Below are positions 28,667-39,262 of a stretch of DNA of 64,000 nt, in pieces. The stretch comes from Sedimentisphaeraceae bacterium JB056. GTDB taxonomy: Bacteria > Planctomycetota > Phycisphaerae > Sedimentisphaerales > Sedimentisphaeraceae. The translations under genes and the position numbers were made by a program. The stretch lies in the NCBI GenBank assembly GCA_044440125.1, contig JBITAJ010000027.1:32001-96000 (forward strand), in the 5' to 3' direction. The notes beneath the pieces are model-generated. The model searched no databases and was not told the origin of the DNA. It saw only the letters and a program-made list of their open reading frames with translations. Within the stretch, counting starts at the first letter, position 1, and the number at the start of each line of letters is the position of its first letter.

Positions 28667-30193
28667 CTATTTAAGAGCATTATCTATTTGGATTAGTATA
28701 TTTTTAATTTCACTTGCAGATTCTTCGAAAAGTTTTTTGGCTTCAGTTGTATTATCTTGACTCCACTTTATGACTCTATCTAAAAGCTCTTTTTTAGCTT
28801 TTCGTTTTTCTTGTTGTCCATATGTCAAAATTTCTGATACCTCGTCAGCGAAATTTTCAGGGTAGTATTCTTCAAAATCATGTTTTTGAAATTGTATAAG
28901 ATTACTTGCTGGAATTGATCTGAAGGTATTTCCTATATCTTCAAGTTTCTTTTTCTCTTCTTCTCCTTCATCTATACATACCCATATTTTATCATTGTAG
29001 ATTGGCGTTAGATGTAGAAAGGTGAATAAATTTCTGAAGTCTTCTAATTTCGGTTTAATTTGACTTGAACACCGACAGGAAAAAGTTCGGAGTTTTCCTT
29101 GGAGGTTAGGAGTAAACCAAGGAATAAAGAAGTCTCTTATGAATCTTTCAGCGGAAGATTCTTCTAAAAATAGCCATCCTTTCCATAGTCCTAAATCACT
29201 AAAATCATAACCTAAATCTTCAAGTACCTCGTGCCTTTGTGATCGAGATTCAATTTCTATTACGTCTGAAGTAGGTAAGTAATATTCAGATTTTTGTTTT
29301 ATGTTAAAAATTTTTGTATCTCTTTCATCCTGATTGTTATGGACAGCTAATTCACGTAGCACTATATTAGAATGTGTGCTTATAATGAATTGGTTATCTG
29401 AAGATTTTTCTTTGATAAACCGTAAAAGATGTTTTAATGCCTGTGGGTGCAGGTCATTTTCGATTTCTTCAATTATGAAGACTTTATTAGATGATGTGGC
29501 TAATACTACAAGGAATCCTAAAATATTCAAAACCCCTTCACCCGAATCAACTATTGGTATTGCGGTATCATCATCTACATGCCATATTGCTTGTTTGCCA
29601 TCTCTAACCAAGTGTGTAGACAACGTTTTATTGTTAAGTGTTTCTTCAACAGCTTTTTTGAAGAATTTTGCGTCAGAATTTAATGAACTTACAAGGCTGT
29701 CGATTTGGGCATTTAAAAATTTGAAAGTTCCATTTGCTTGAAGTATTACTTCTGAACTAATTTGGTTTGTTATATTTTCTAATTTTCTTCGTGAAAGGAA
29801 AAGCTCTAAAACGTTTTCTGGACGCTTTAGATTAAAAAACTTCTCATCATAGCCTCTTCTCTGATTTTTGTTAATGTAGATCTCTTTACCGCTTTCTTGT
29901 CTTACTGCCGATATGTCTATAGTTTCTTTGCCGTGATTAATTCTTCTTCCTTTTAATTCACCATTTTGTATTTTTAGTGATATAAGAGACTTTAAATTTG
30001 CGGGTTGAGCTCTTTGTGTATAATTGTTGAAGGAAATAGAAGCGTTATGCTGTGAGAAAGCCAATATACTATTTAATATAGTACTCTTACCGCTTCCATT
30101 TTTGCCTATAAGGATATTAATACCTTTTGACAAATTTAATGAGGCTTCTTCAAAACAACGTACATTTTCTAATTTAATTTGAGATATCCACAT
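28667..30193 (-). CDS. ABC/SMC-type ATPase with C-terminal Toprim-like domain (OLD-like ATP-dependent nuclease)
   Basis: GKNGSGKS Walker A, SGEG signature, IIEEIENDLHP Walker B/D-loop, ISTHS H-loop, FLEESSA...CIDEG...DFEEYY; visibly AT-rich. Confidence 0.75.
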   Translation of the reverse strand: MWISQIKLENVRCFEEASLNLSKGINILIGKNGSGKSTILNSILAFSQHNASISFNNYTQRAQPANLKSLISLKIQNGELKGRRINHGKETIDISAVRQESGKEIYINKNQRRGYDEKFFNLKRPENVLELFLSRRKLENITNQISSEVILQANGTFKFLNAQIDSLVSSLNSDAKFFKKAVEETLNNKTLSTHLVRDGKQAIWHVDDDTAIPIVDSGEGVLNILGFLVVLATSSNKVFIIEEIENDLHPQALKHLLRFIKEKSSDNQFIISTHSNIVLRELAVHNNQDERDTKIFNIKQKSEYYLPTSDVIEIESRSQRHEVLEDLGYDFSDLGLWKGWLFLEESSAERFIRDFFIPWFTPNLQGKLRTFSCRCSSQIKPKLEDFRNLFTFLHLTPIYNDKIWVCIDEGEEEKKKLEDIGNTFRSIPASNLIQFQKHDFEEYYPENFADEVSEILTYGQQEKRKAKKELLDRVIKWSQDNTTEAKKLFEESASEIKNILIQIDNALK

Positions 30194-30307
30194 AACAGAT
30201 CACCTAAAGTGCATATTATATTTGGGTTAAAGATTAATAGATTATAATATGCGGCATTGAAAGACAAGAAAAAGTTTGTTTTTTCGGAAATTCCGATGAT
30301 CTTTTAC

Positions 30308-30484
30308 GCCTCGAAAGAGGCAGAATAATATAGCCAGGGGCATTCGCCCCTGGAAGAAGACCAAAAAACTCCATCCCACACCCCATCTCCAGCCGGCGGC
30401 TGGAGATGGGGTGTGGTAAAAGATACGTACCGCCTATCCCCACGGCGTTGCCGTGGGCTATGTTTTTTAAGCGCCATTGGGGGC
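30308..30484. repeat. REPIN/BIME-like composite palindromic element
   Basis: GCCTC-GAAA-GAGGC; CCAGGGGC-ATTC-GCCCCTGG; 19-bp perfect stem 30376-30416; CCCACGGC-GTT-GCCGTGGG in inverted arrangement. Confidence 0.75.
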
Positions 30485-30738
30485 AATATATCAAGGTATA
30501 GGTGTGTTAGGCTCAGCAGACGCGGTAAACCGGCGTCTCTACAAGAAGTTTTCGACTGACACATGTGTTTGTCCGTGAATGTCTGTGAGAGTCTGTGCAT
30601 TCAACAATGTTAGCTATTGCTGTTAATTTCCCCGTAAATTTACGGGTTTCTTATTGCGCTTTACAAGATTATGCGTTTATGCTAAAATAGCCCCGATTTC
30701 CCCTTTAAAAAAATGTGATTAGACAGGTTTAAAGAGTA

Positions 30739-32304
30739 ATGGATAGAGTAAAGATATACGATACGACGCTTAGAGACGGTATGCAGGCAGAGGGCGTGAG
30801 CTTCTCACTTCAGGATAAAGTCCTTATTGCCAAACACTTAGATACTCTGGGTTTCGATTATATTGAGGGCGGTTATGCCGCCAGTAACCAGAAAGAGATG
30901 CAGTTTTTTCATGAGATGAACGCTGCGGGGCTGAAGAATTCGCGTATCGCGGCTTTCGGCAATACCCGCCGTGCGGATTGTCGTGTTGAGGATGATGCAT
31001 CGATTTGTGCTATTCTTGAATCGAAGGCTCAGGCGGCTACTATTGTCGGCAAGTGCTGGGACATGCACGTTACAGAGGTATTGCGATGTTCGCTTGAGGA
31101 CAACATCGCATTGTGTGCTGATTCGGTTGCTTATCTCAAGAGCAAGGGGCTCGAAGTTATCTTTGACGGTGAGCATTTCTTTGACGGCTACAAACGCAAT
31201 CCCGAATACGCCATAAAGGTGCTGCAGGCGGCGGCTCAGGCCGGAGCTGATGCACTGGTGCTTTGCGAGACCAACGGCGGATGTCTGCCGTATGAGGTTG
31301 AGGAGATTACGCGCGATGTGTGCAGGAATGTATCCGGTGCGGTAGTCGGTATCCATACTCATAACGATACAGATTGTGCGGTCGCAAATTCGCTTGCGGC
31401 TGTCAAGGCAGGGGCCCGCCACGTGCAGGGAACTATAAACGGCCTTGGTGAGAGAACCGGTAACGCCAATCTTTGCACTATAGTACCGAGTTTGAAATTC
31501 AAGATGGGCTTTGATGTGCTAAATGAGGGTTCGGTCAAGAAGCTTCAGCCGGCATCATTGTTTGTTTTCGAAATAGCAAACCTCACACCTGTGGCGAGTA
31601 TGCCGTATGTCGGTGAGAGTGCGTTTGCTCATAAGGCGGGGCTGCATGTCAATGCTCTTCGCAAGAACAAGCTTACTTACGAACATATCGATCCTGAGCT
31701 TGTTGGTAATGAGCGTAAATTCCTGATATCCGAGCTTTCAGGCATGTCGAATGTAATAGCCAAGCTTGAGAAGTACGGCATTGCTCAGGATAAGCAGATC
31801 GCACGCAAAATACTTGACACTGTTCAGGAAATGGAGAACGAAGGTTATCAATTCGAGGCTGCTGAGGGCAGTTTCGATCTGCTGGTGAAAAGAATCACCG
31901 GCACTTATAAACCCGCATTCGAACTTGAGCGTTTCCATGTTGATGTGGAGCATACAGGCGAGGGTGAGGAGATCACAGAGGCCACGATAAAATTGAGAGT
32001 GGATGATGAGATCGAGCATGTAGTTAGCGAGGGTGATGGTCCGGTTAACGCTTTGGATAATGCCCTGCGTAAATCGCTGGAGAGATTCTATCCGACTATC
32101 AAGACGATGCGGCTTGTGGATTACAAGGTGCGTGTTGTTGATGCCGGTGTAGGTACGGCGGCAAAGGTAAGGGTTATAATCGAATCTCGTGATAAGGATG
32201 AGGTCTGGGGTACGGTTGGTGTATCCACAGACGTTATCGATGCCAGTTGGAAGGCGCTTAAGGACAGCGTCGAGTATAAGATACATAAGGATGGGATGAA
32301 ATAA
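30739..32304 (+). CDS. cimA: Citramalate synthase
   Basis: YDTTLRDGMQAEG, DGEHFFDGY, HTHND, GERTGNANL, AFAHKAGLH, regulatory domain GDGPVNALD/DYKVRV. Confidence 0.9.
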   Translation: MDRVKIYDTTLRDGMQAEGVSFSLQDKVLIAKHLDTLGFDYIEGGYAASNQKEMQFFHEMNAAGLKNSRIAAFGNTRRADCRVEDDASICAILESKAQAATIVGKCWDMHVTEVLRCSLEDNIALCADSVAYLKSKGLEVIFDGEHFFDGYKRNPEYAIKVLQAAAQAGADALVLCETNGGCLPYEVEEITRDVCRNVSGAVVGIHTHNDTDCAVANSLAAVKAGARHVQGTINGLGERTGNANLCTIVPSLKFKMGFDVLNEGSVKKLQPASLFVFEIANLTPVASMPYVGESAFAHKAGLHVNALRKNKLTYEHIDPELVGNERKFLISELSGMSNVIAKLEKYGIAQDKQIARKILDTVQEMENEGYQFEAAEGSFDLLVKRITGTYKPAFELERFHVDVEHTGEGEEITEATIKLRVDDEIEHVVSEGDGPVNALDNALRKSLERFYPTIKTMRLVDYKVRVVDAGVGTAAKVRVIIESRDKDEVWGTVGVSTDVIDASWKALKDSVEYKIHKDGMK

Positions 32305-32328
32305 CAGCTTGCTTAAGGGAGGCTTTTA

Positions 32329-33783
32329 ATGAAACGACGTGATTTTCTAAAACTGACAGCATTGACTTCCGGCGCATTTCTGACCGGTTGCGGACAGAGT
32401 GTTTTTGATACCGAAAGCCCGGCTTTTGCGAATGGAAAGAAGCCTAATTTTCTGCTTCTGCTGACAGACGACCAGCGTTTCTCCGCGGTTTCGGCGTTGT
32501 CTAATCCAAATGTGAAGACGCCTAATATGGACAGGCTTGTCAATAGCGGTGTCAATTTTACTCACGCTTTCAATCAGGGTTCATGGAGCGGGGCGGTTTG
32601 CATTTGCAGTCGCGGTATGCTCAATTGCGGGCAATACCTTTATCATACCCAGGAGAATATAGAGACCGCACCATTGTGGGGTGAAACCCTGCAGAAATAC
32701 GGTTACGACACATTCCTTACCGGCAAGTGGCACAATGGTGAAGCTGCGCTGAAACGAAGTTTTTCGACTATTGGTGATGTTGGTGAAGGTATGTATCCTT
32801 CGACCGATATGGATGGTGACGCCTATTACAGAAGCTCACCGTCAGACAGTTGGAAACCTTACGATAAGACTCGTAAGGGCCATTGGCTCGAGCGCGGCGG
32901 CAAGATAATACATTCAAGCGAGCTTTGGGCGGATAACGCGATTGACTACCTTCAAATGAGGCAGAACGAAAAAGCTGAAGATCCGTTCTTTATGTATGTT
33001 GGCTTCAACGCGCCTCATGATCCGCGGCAGAGTCCTAAGGAATTTGTCGATATGTATCCGCTTGATGAGATTGAGATACCGGAGAATTTTATGCCCGAGC
33101 ATCCATTTGATCAGGGGCAGAGGTATACCCTGCGTGATGAAATTCTGGCTCCATTCCCGCGAACGGAAGAAGCTGTCAAGATGCATCTGCAGGAATATTA
33201 TGCGATAATCAGCCATGCCGACCAGCAGATAGGACGCATTCTTGATGCACTTGAAGAAAGCGGCGAGGCGGAAAATACATATATAATATTCAGCTCCGAT
33301 CATGGGCTTGCGGTTGGCTGTCACGGCCTTATGGGTAAGCAGAACCAATACGATCATAGTATTCGTATGCCTCTGGTTATGTGCGGCCCCGACATAAAAC
33401 CCGGGAAAAAGATAGACGATATGGTTTATCTGCACAGCATGTTTGCCACAACCTGCGATCTTGCGGGTGTGCCGACACCTTCGTGTGTGGAATTCAAGTC
33501 GCTTTTACCATTGATGAATGGCTGCGGCTGCGGCGAGGAAGCCATCTTCGGCAGCTACAAGGATATGCAGCGGATGATAAGAACCGAGCGGTACAAACTG
33601 ATAATGTACCCGATCGCAAAGGAAACGCAGCTGTTCGATTTGAATAAAGATCCAGATGAGCTGAACAATCTTGCTTACAAAGATTCCTACAGGGATAAAG
33701 TGTACGAGCTGTTTGCTGATTTCCTTTACCTGCAGAATCAGGTTGGTGATGAGCTTGTGATAAAGAGTCCTTACTTCTCTTGA
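32329..33783 (+). CDS. Sulfatase, Tat-exported lipoprotein
   Basis: RRDFLK...LTGC; LTDDQR, CICSR, GKWH, APHDP, SDHG, GKQN. Confidence 0.9.
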   Translation: MKRRDFLKLTALTSGAFLTGCGQSVFDTESPAFANGKKPNFLLLLTDDQRFSAVSALSNPNVKTPNMDRLVNSGVNFTHAFNQGSWSGAVCICSRGMLNCGQYLYHTQENIETAPLWGETLQKYGYDTFLTGKWHNGEAALKRSFSTIGDVGEGMYPSTDMDGDAYYRSSPSDSWKPYDKTRKGHWLERGGKIIHSSELWADNAIDYLQMRQNEKAEDPFFMYVGFNAPHDPRQSPKEFVDMYPLDEIEIPENFMPEHPFDQGQRYTLRDEILAPFPRTEEAVKMHLQEYYAIISHADQQIGRILDALEESGEAENTYIIFSSDHGLAVGCHGLMGKQNQYDHSIRMPLVMCGPDIKPGKKIDDMVYLHSMFATTCDLAGVPTPSCVEFKSLLPLMNGCGCGEEAIFGSYKDMQRMIRTERYKLIMYPIAKETQLFDLNKDPDELNNLAYKDSYRDKVYELFADFLYLQNQVGDELVIKSPYFS

Positions 33784-33795
33784 TATAGAGTCGTA

Positions 33796-34770
33796 TCATG
33801 GATTGATAAGCTTTATCATCAAAGTCATGATTGTTAGCTGGAAGGCGAACAGTACGACTATAGCGATGATTGCCTTTGGTCCTTCCTTGAGCAGGTCGCT
33901 GAAGCGTATCTTCATTCCTACGCCTGCCATTGCTATCATCAGTAGGTATTTCGCGGCGATCTTGAAGAAATGAAGGAAATCGGTTTTCTCGTGAAAGACA
34001 GTAGCTATTATGCTGCAAATCGCGAAACCTATTATGTAGTAGGGCAGGAATCCTTTTTTTGCGGTTTGTGATTCGCCTTTGTTCCTTAGCATCAGTGATA
34101 GTATTATCACTATCGGGCCTATCATAAGCACTCTAAGCATCTTTATTATAGTCGCGGTGTCTCCTACCGAGTCGTTTATTGAGAAGCCTGCCGCGACAAC
34201 ATGACCAATCGCTTGAAGTGTGCCTCCGACAAGGTAAGAGCTTTCTATGTCAGTCATTGACAGCGTGGCGGCAAGAGGCGGAAGCAGAAATATACCAACG
34301 GCTCCCATCAGGTTAACTACGCTGATAGAAATTCCGATTTCATCTTCATGTGCTTCAAGTACCGGAGCGGCGGCAGCTATGGCTGATGAGCCGCAGACAG
34401 CACTGCCTATACCTATCAGGCAGCCGAAACGAGTTGAGAAGCCAAGGAGTTTTGAGATTGAGATACCCAGCAGTATTGTCACAAGCATCACCGGCAGTAC
34501 GATAACAAAAGCTTTTATACCGAGATTGCCTAAGGTACTTAGCTGGAGGTTGAACCCCATGAGTATGATAGCGGATTCGAGAATCTTTTTCTCGCTGAAT
34601 TTCACGCCCGGTGCTGTATATTCGCTGCGGGGGAGTATATTGCCAATGATCAGGCCAAGTATAATCGCCAGCGATACACTGCCAAGCGAAGGCAGGTATT
34701 GGCTTGCGAATTTAGCAACCAGTGCTATGAGTAAGCACAGTAAAACTCCTGGTAATATTTTTTTCAGCAT
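33796..34770 (-). CDS. YeiH-family (putative sulfate exporter) membrane protein
   Basis: GSAVCGSSAIAAAAP, GGTLQAIGHVVAAG and KMLRV motifs; multiple TM helices. Confidence 0.85.
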   Translation of the reverse strand: MLKKILPGVLLCLLIALVAKFASQYLPSLGSVSLAIILGLIIGNILPRSEYTAPGVKFSEKKILESAIILMGFNLQLSTLGNLGIKAFVIVLPVMLVTILLGISISKLLGFSTRFGCLIGIGSAVCGSSAIAAAAPVLEAHEDEIGISISVVNLMGAVGIFLLPPLAATLSMTDIESSYLVGGTLQAIGHVVAAGFSINDSVGDTATIIKMLRVLMIGPIVIILSLMLRNKGESQTAKKGFLPYYIIGFAICSIIATVFHEKTDFLHFFKIAAKYLLMIAMAGVGMKIRFSDLLKEGPKAIIAIVVLFAFQLTIMTLMIKLINP

Positions 34771-34805
34771 CCTTATAATACTTCTGAATCCTGCAGTTGT
34801 TCATG

Positions 34806-34841
34806 AAAAAAGACCGATAAGTTTCAATCTTACCGGTCTTT
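34806..34841 (-). terminator. Intrinsic terminator
   Basis: AAAGACCG/CGGTCTTT stem with A-run on + strand. Confidence 0.65.
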
Positions 34842-34853
34842 GAGTTATCTACT

Positions 34854-35756
34854 TTACCAAAGTTTTTCAGGATAGAGGCCATCGGCTATCAGTTTGGCAA
34901 TGCTCTGCTGAACTGCTTCCTTGTCCTCTTTGTAGGTTACGCCGAACCAGTGTGATTCTGTCGGCAAAACCTTTACTGTTGCCTTGCCTTCATTTATCAG
35001 GCGGTCTACAACGAATGGAATATAGAATTCAGACTTCAGTTCTTTACCTTTTTCATTAAGGAATTCGGCGAACTGTTCTTTAATGTGTTCGAAAATGTCC
35101 GGTCCAAAACCCCAGAAGTTCATGGATGCTATATCATCGGCATTCATAGGCTTCTTTGTCTCATCATCATTGATGTTATAAATTTTGCTGCCGTCTTTGA
35201 CTATCTTTGTATGCTCAACGACTTTTTGAAGCAGGTTCTGCTCGTCAGCCTGGCATATTCCCCTTGAGACGCTGCCGTGTTCGGAAAGAGTATTGGCAAG
35301 CTTGAAGCCCACCATGGAATATTCCCCGGCCTTGAGGTTGGGATTGCTTAGGAAATCTGCCATTGTCGTAAAAGAATTACGACTGTAGAAATCATCGGCG
35401 TTGATAGCGGCGAAAGGTTCGTTGACAATTTCGCCGGCTACAAGTATTGCGTGTGCCGTACCCCATGGTTTTTCACGCTGAGGTGGAAGCTTGTAATCAC
35501 CCAGACATTTTTCAAGTTCCTGACAGGCGTAGGCAACTTCAATCTTGCCTTTGACCTTGGAACCAATTTTTTCGTCAAACAGATCCTTGAATTGTTCGCG
35601 TACTACAAATACGATCTTGCCGAAGCCGGCCTTAATCGCATCGTACATTGAATACTCAATGATCGCTTCGCCGCCTGGACCCACCGGATCAATCTGTTTT
35701 AATCCGCCATAACGTGACCCCATTCCTGCGGCCATTACTAAGAGAGTTGGTTTCAT
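34854..35756 (-). CDS. Sugar-phosphate nucleotidyltransferase family protein
   Basis: MAAGMGSRYGGLKQID, REKPWGTAHA, INADDFY, WFGVTY. Confidence 0.9.
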   Translation of the reverse strand: MKPTLLVMAAGMGSRYGGLKQIDPVGPGGEAIIEYSMYDAIKAGFGKIVFVVREQFKDLFDEKIGSKVKGKIEVAYACQELEKCLGDYKLPPQREKPWGTAHAILVAGEIVNEPFAAINADDFYSRNSFTTMADFLSNPNLKAGEYSMVGFKLANTLSEHGSVSRGICQADEQNLLQKVVEHTKIVKDGSKIYNINDDETKKPMNADDIASMNFWGFGPDIFEHIKEQFAEFLNEKGKELKSEFYIPFVVDRLINEGKATVKVLPTESHWFGVTYKEDKEAVQQSIAKLIADGLYPEKLW

Positions 35757-35863
35757 CTAATCATCACTCCAGAAAATAAACTGTAAAATCTCTTAAACCA
35801 AAATATCATTACTATAACAAACGGCCAGAAGCAGTGCTTGCTTCGGGCCGTTTGATTATTCCA

Positions 35864-38377
35864 TTATTTTTTTTCGTTGTTTACCGGTTCAGGCAGCTTC
35901 TTGTCCTTAGCCTCGGACTTGCTGTCGGAACTGAACTTGAGCTCATTCTCATCTTTAACCGATACATCGATAGACTTGGCGTTCTTGAATTGACCGCGGA
36001 GTATTCCCTCAGAGAGCGGGTCTTCGATATATTTTTCAATCGCTCTTCTAAGCGGTCTTGCTCCGTACTCAGGGTTGTAGCCCTTATCAATGAGGAACTC
36101 TTCGGCATCGTCCTTGAAATTGAGAACTATATTCTTTTCGGCTATTCTCGCCTTGACCTTGTTAAGCTCTATCTCAACGATCATTTTGAGATTGTCGCGT
36201 GTAAGGCCGCGGAATACTATGTTGTCGTCAAGCCTGTTTATGAACTCAGGTCTGAAATGTTTCTCAATTTGCTTTTCAAGAAGCACGCTCATCTTTTCGA
36301 AGTTTGCCTCTTCGCCGCGTTTGCCGAAACCGAAACCTGTCTGGTTACGGATAAGGTCTGCACCGATATTACTTGTCATGATAAGTATGACGTTCCTGAA
36401 ATCGATCTTACGGCCGTAGCTGTCTGTCAGGCGGCCTTCCTCCATTATCTGGAGCAGCATATTCGCCACGTCAGGGTGAGCCTTTTCGATCTCATCAAGC
36501 AGAAGGACGGCGTAAGGGCGGCGTCTGATACGTTCTGTAAGTTGACCGCCTTCTTCATAACCAACGTATCCGGGAGGTGCACCAATAAGCTTGCTTACGT
36601 TGTGCTTCTCCATATACTCACTCATATCAATCTGAATCAGAGAGCTTTCATCACCGAACATGAACTCGGCGAGTGCACGTGCAAGGAGTGTCTTACCGAC
36701 ACCACTTGGCCCGATGAAGATGAAGCTTGCAATCGGCCTGTTAGGATCCTTGAGCCCTGAACGGCTTCGGCGTACTGCCTTGGAAACTGCCTGAATTGCA
36801 TCATCCTGTGAGACAACGCGTTTATGAAGTTCGGTTTCAAGCTCGAGCAGCCTTTGAGCCTCGGCTTTTTCAAGACGTGTCAGAGGCACACCGGTCATTT
36901 TGCTCACGACCTCGGCGATTATTTCCTCGTCAACCTCACCGGCGATTTTTTCCGCTTCTTCTTTCCAGTTTTCCTGGAGAGTCTTTTTCTCGTCGAGCAG
37001 CTTCTGAGCTTTATCTCTTAGAGCTGCCGCCTGCTCGTAATCGGCATTGCGAACAGCTTCGTCCTTATCTGTGTTGACCTGCTCTATTTGCTGGTCAATC
37101 TTTGAGAAGTCCGGCGGCGGGGTGAGGTTTTTGAGCCTCATTCTCGCACCAGCTTCATCTATTACGTCAATCGCCTTATCCGGCAGGCATCTGCCGGTTA
37201 TATATCTGATTGAAAGCTCAACCGCCTGAATGAGAGCCTCGTCAGTGAAATTGACCCTGTGGTGATCCTCATAACGTTCGCGAAGCCCCTTCAGTATTGC
37301 GATGGTATCCTCTTTCGAAGGAGGTTCAACCTGAATAGTCTGGAATCGTCTTTCAAGAGCAGCGTCTTTCTCGACATATTTCCTATACTCATCGAGAGTT
37401 GTTGCTCCAATACACTGCAGTTCGCCGCGGGCAAGGGCTGGTTTCAATACGTTTGAGGCATCAATCGCGCCTTCAGCACCGCCTGCACCTACGAGAGTGT
37501 GAAGCTCATCTATGAAAAGTACGACGTTCTTCTCACGCTTGACTTCATTTATCACGGCCTTGATACGCTCTTCGAACTGGCCTCGGTATTTTGTACCGGC
37601 AACCATCATAGCCAGGTCAAGTACAATCAGCCTTTTGTTATAGAGCAGTTGCGGCACTTGCTTGTTGATTATCTTTTGAGCCATGCCTTCAACTATGGCC
37701 GTCTTACCTACACCTGCATCACCGAGCAGAACGGGATTGTTCTTTGTACGGCGGCAAAGTATCTGTATCAGACGTTCGATCTCGTTATCTCTGCCGATAA
37801 CGGGATCAAGCTCGTTATTTTTTGCAAGAGCGGTGAGGTCGCGGCCGAAACTGTCAAGAGCCGGAGTTCTTGATTTTGAAGGTTTTGATGGGCGTCTTGT
37901 CTGCTGATCGGTACTAATGTCGTCCATTTCCTCATCAGCTCCTGAGCCGAGGAGGTTGAGTACTTCCTCTCGCACTGTTTCCAGCTTAAGTCCCAGATTC
38001 ATGAGCACCTGAGCGGCCTGACCTGATGTTTCGCGAAGAAGACCGAGCAGGAGGTGTTCGGTGCCGACGTAATTGTGATTCAAGGCCCGTGCCTCTTCAA
38101 TTGCGTACTCAATGACACGGCGTGCTCGAGGCGTCTGCGGGAGCTTGCCTACAGATACTACGTCAGGGCCGCTTTTGACCAGCTTCTCTATCTCAAGACG
38201 AAGCTTCATCGTGTCTATTCCGAGGTTTCTAAGTACGTTTGCTCCAACTCCGTTGCCTTCTTTCGCAAGACCAAGTAGGATGTGTTCAGTACCAAGATAC
38301 TCGTGGTTAAATCTCTGTGCTTCCTGATTAGCCAGCGCCATTACTTTCCTGGCGCGGTCTGTAAATCTTTCAAACAT
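35864..38377 (-). CDS. clpC: ATP-dependent Clp protease ATPase subunit
   Basis: [12 protein letters not shown] double Clp-N repeats, two AAA modules ([16 protein letters not shown]), UVR motif, GFGF loop. Confidence 0.95.
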   Translation of the reverse strand: MFERFTDRARKVMALANQEAQRFNHEYLGTEHILLGLAKEGNGVGANVLRNLGIDTMKLRLEIEKLVKSGPDVVSVGKLPQTPRARRVIEYAIEEARALNHNYVGTEHLLLGLLRETSGQAAQVLMNLGLKLETVREEVLNLLGSGADEEMDDISTDQQTRRPSKPSKSRTPALDSFGRDLTALAKNNELDPVIGRDNEIERLIQILCRRTKNNPVLLGDAGVGKTAIVEGMAQKIINKQVPQLLYNKRLIVLDLAMMVAGTKYRGQFEERIKAVINEVKREKNVVLFIDELHTLVGAGGAEGAIDASNVLKPALARGELQCIGATTLDEYRKYVEKDAALERRFQTIQVEPPSKEDTIAILKGLRERYEDHHRVNFTDEALIQAVELSIRYITGRCLPDKAIDVIDEAGARMRLKNLTPPPDFSKIDQQIEQVNTDKDEAVRNADYEQAAALRDKAQKLLDEKKTLQENWKEEAEKIAGEVDEEIIAEVVSKMTGVPLTRLEKAEAQRLLELETELHKRVVSQDDAIQAVSKAVRRSRSGLKDPNRPIASFIFIGPSGVGKTLLARALAEFMFGDESSLIQIDMSEYMEKHNVSKLIGAPPGYVGYEEGGQLTERIRRRPYAVLLLDEIEKAHPDVANMLLQIMEEGRLTDSYGRKIDFRNVILIMTSNIGADLIRNQTGFGFGKRGEEANFEKMSVLLEKQIEKHFRPEFINRLDDNIVFRGLTRDNLKMIVEIELNKVKARIAEKNIVLNFKDDAEEFLIDKGYNPEYGARPLRRAIEKYIEDPLSEGILRGQFKNAKSIDVSVKDENELKFSSDSKSEAKDKKLPEPVNNEKK

Positions 38378-38602
38378 CTTCTCTACCTGTTAACTTAACA
38401 CTTATCCTGTTTATTTTATGAAACAAATCGAATTATAATTATACATACTTAAAATAAGATATCAATTATTTACTTCAATAACAGTCTAAACAGACATTAT
38501 ATATTTTGGGGGCCAGCTCAATGCGGATTCTTCTTTCAGCCAACTTGTTATTTGGTTCTCTTTACTCTTGTGTCTGCTTGCGCGTTTGTGTTTTTTTTGA
38601 GA

Positions 38603-38718
38603 TAGGCAGTAGGCATTTGGCATGAGGCATTAGAATAGGAGCAAGACAAAAGGCAGCGATTAGAGGTGTGAAAAGGGGGAAAACAATTGATAATTGATAA
38701 TGGGAAATTGAAAATTGG
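38603..38718 (+). repeat. Two adjacent heptamer arrays (TAGGCAT family and CAATTGA family)
   Basis: TAGGCAG TAGGCAT TTGGCAT GAGGCAT (38603-38630); CAATTGA TAATTGA TAATGGG AAATTGA AAATTGG (38684-38718). Confidence 0.7.
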
Positions 38719-39262
38719 GATTTTTTTATTTTTTGGTATTGGCGGGGTTTAAATGAGCGATTTTGTGCGAAAATGCAAGCAACTTGGACACTTGGTTTGT
38801 CTCCAATAGCAAGATAGTATAACTTTTTTTGACCTAAATTTGCTCCAAAGTGGTCTCAAATGCGCCCAAACGCGCGCTTTTTGTTCAATTTTTTAAAATT
38901 TTAATCAAAAATAGGGCGAAATTTGAAAAAGTCTCATGGAAAATGGAAAAAGCGGGAGTTTTGTGACACTATGTTGCTGTTTTCATAGCTTGGAGGCTGG
39001 GGTTGAGGTTTTAACCACGAACTCACGAAGATACATGAAAGAAAAGTTGTCAATTATCAGTATATGATATTACCATGAATATAATGAAGGGGGTGAGGTT
39101 TATTTTAACTGTAAGTTATAGGCGATTAGTGATAAATGATAATTTATTGTTTTTGCTTGATGTTTTATTTGCGAGGGATATTATTAACTTAGATGTCAGC
39201 AATTATAAGTTGACTGGATTTTTAATGAGGACGCTGTCGATGGATACAGAAAGAGGTGACAG

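Noticed and set aside
30234..30600. Short ORFs 30234-30494 and 30304-30600
   Set aside because: They are translations of the palindromic repeat cassette.
35834..36760. 308-aa ORF antisense to clpC (similarly 22065-22991 against yidC and other shadow ORFs)
   Set aside because: Fully overlaps conserved genes on the opposite strand and has no motifs; explained by codon bias.
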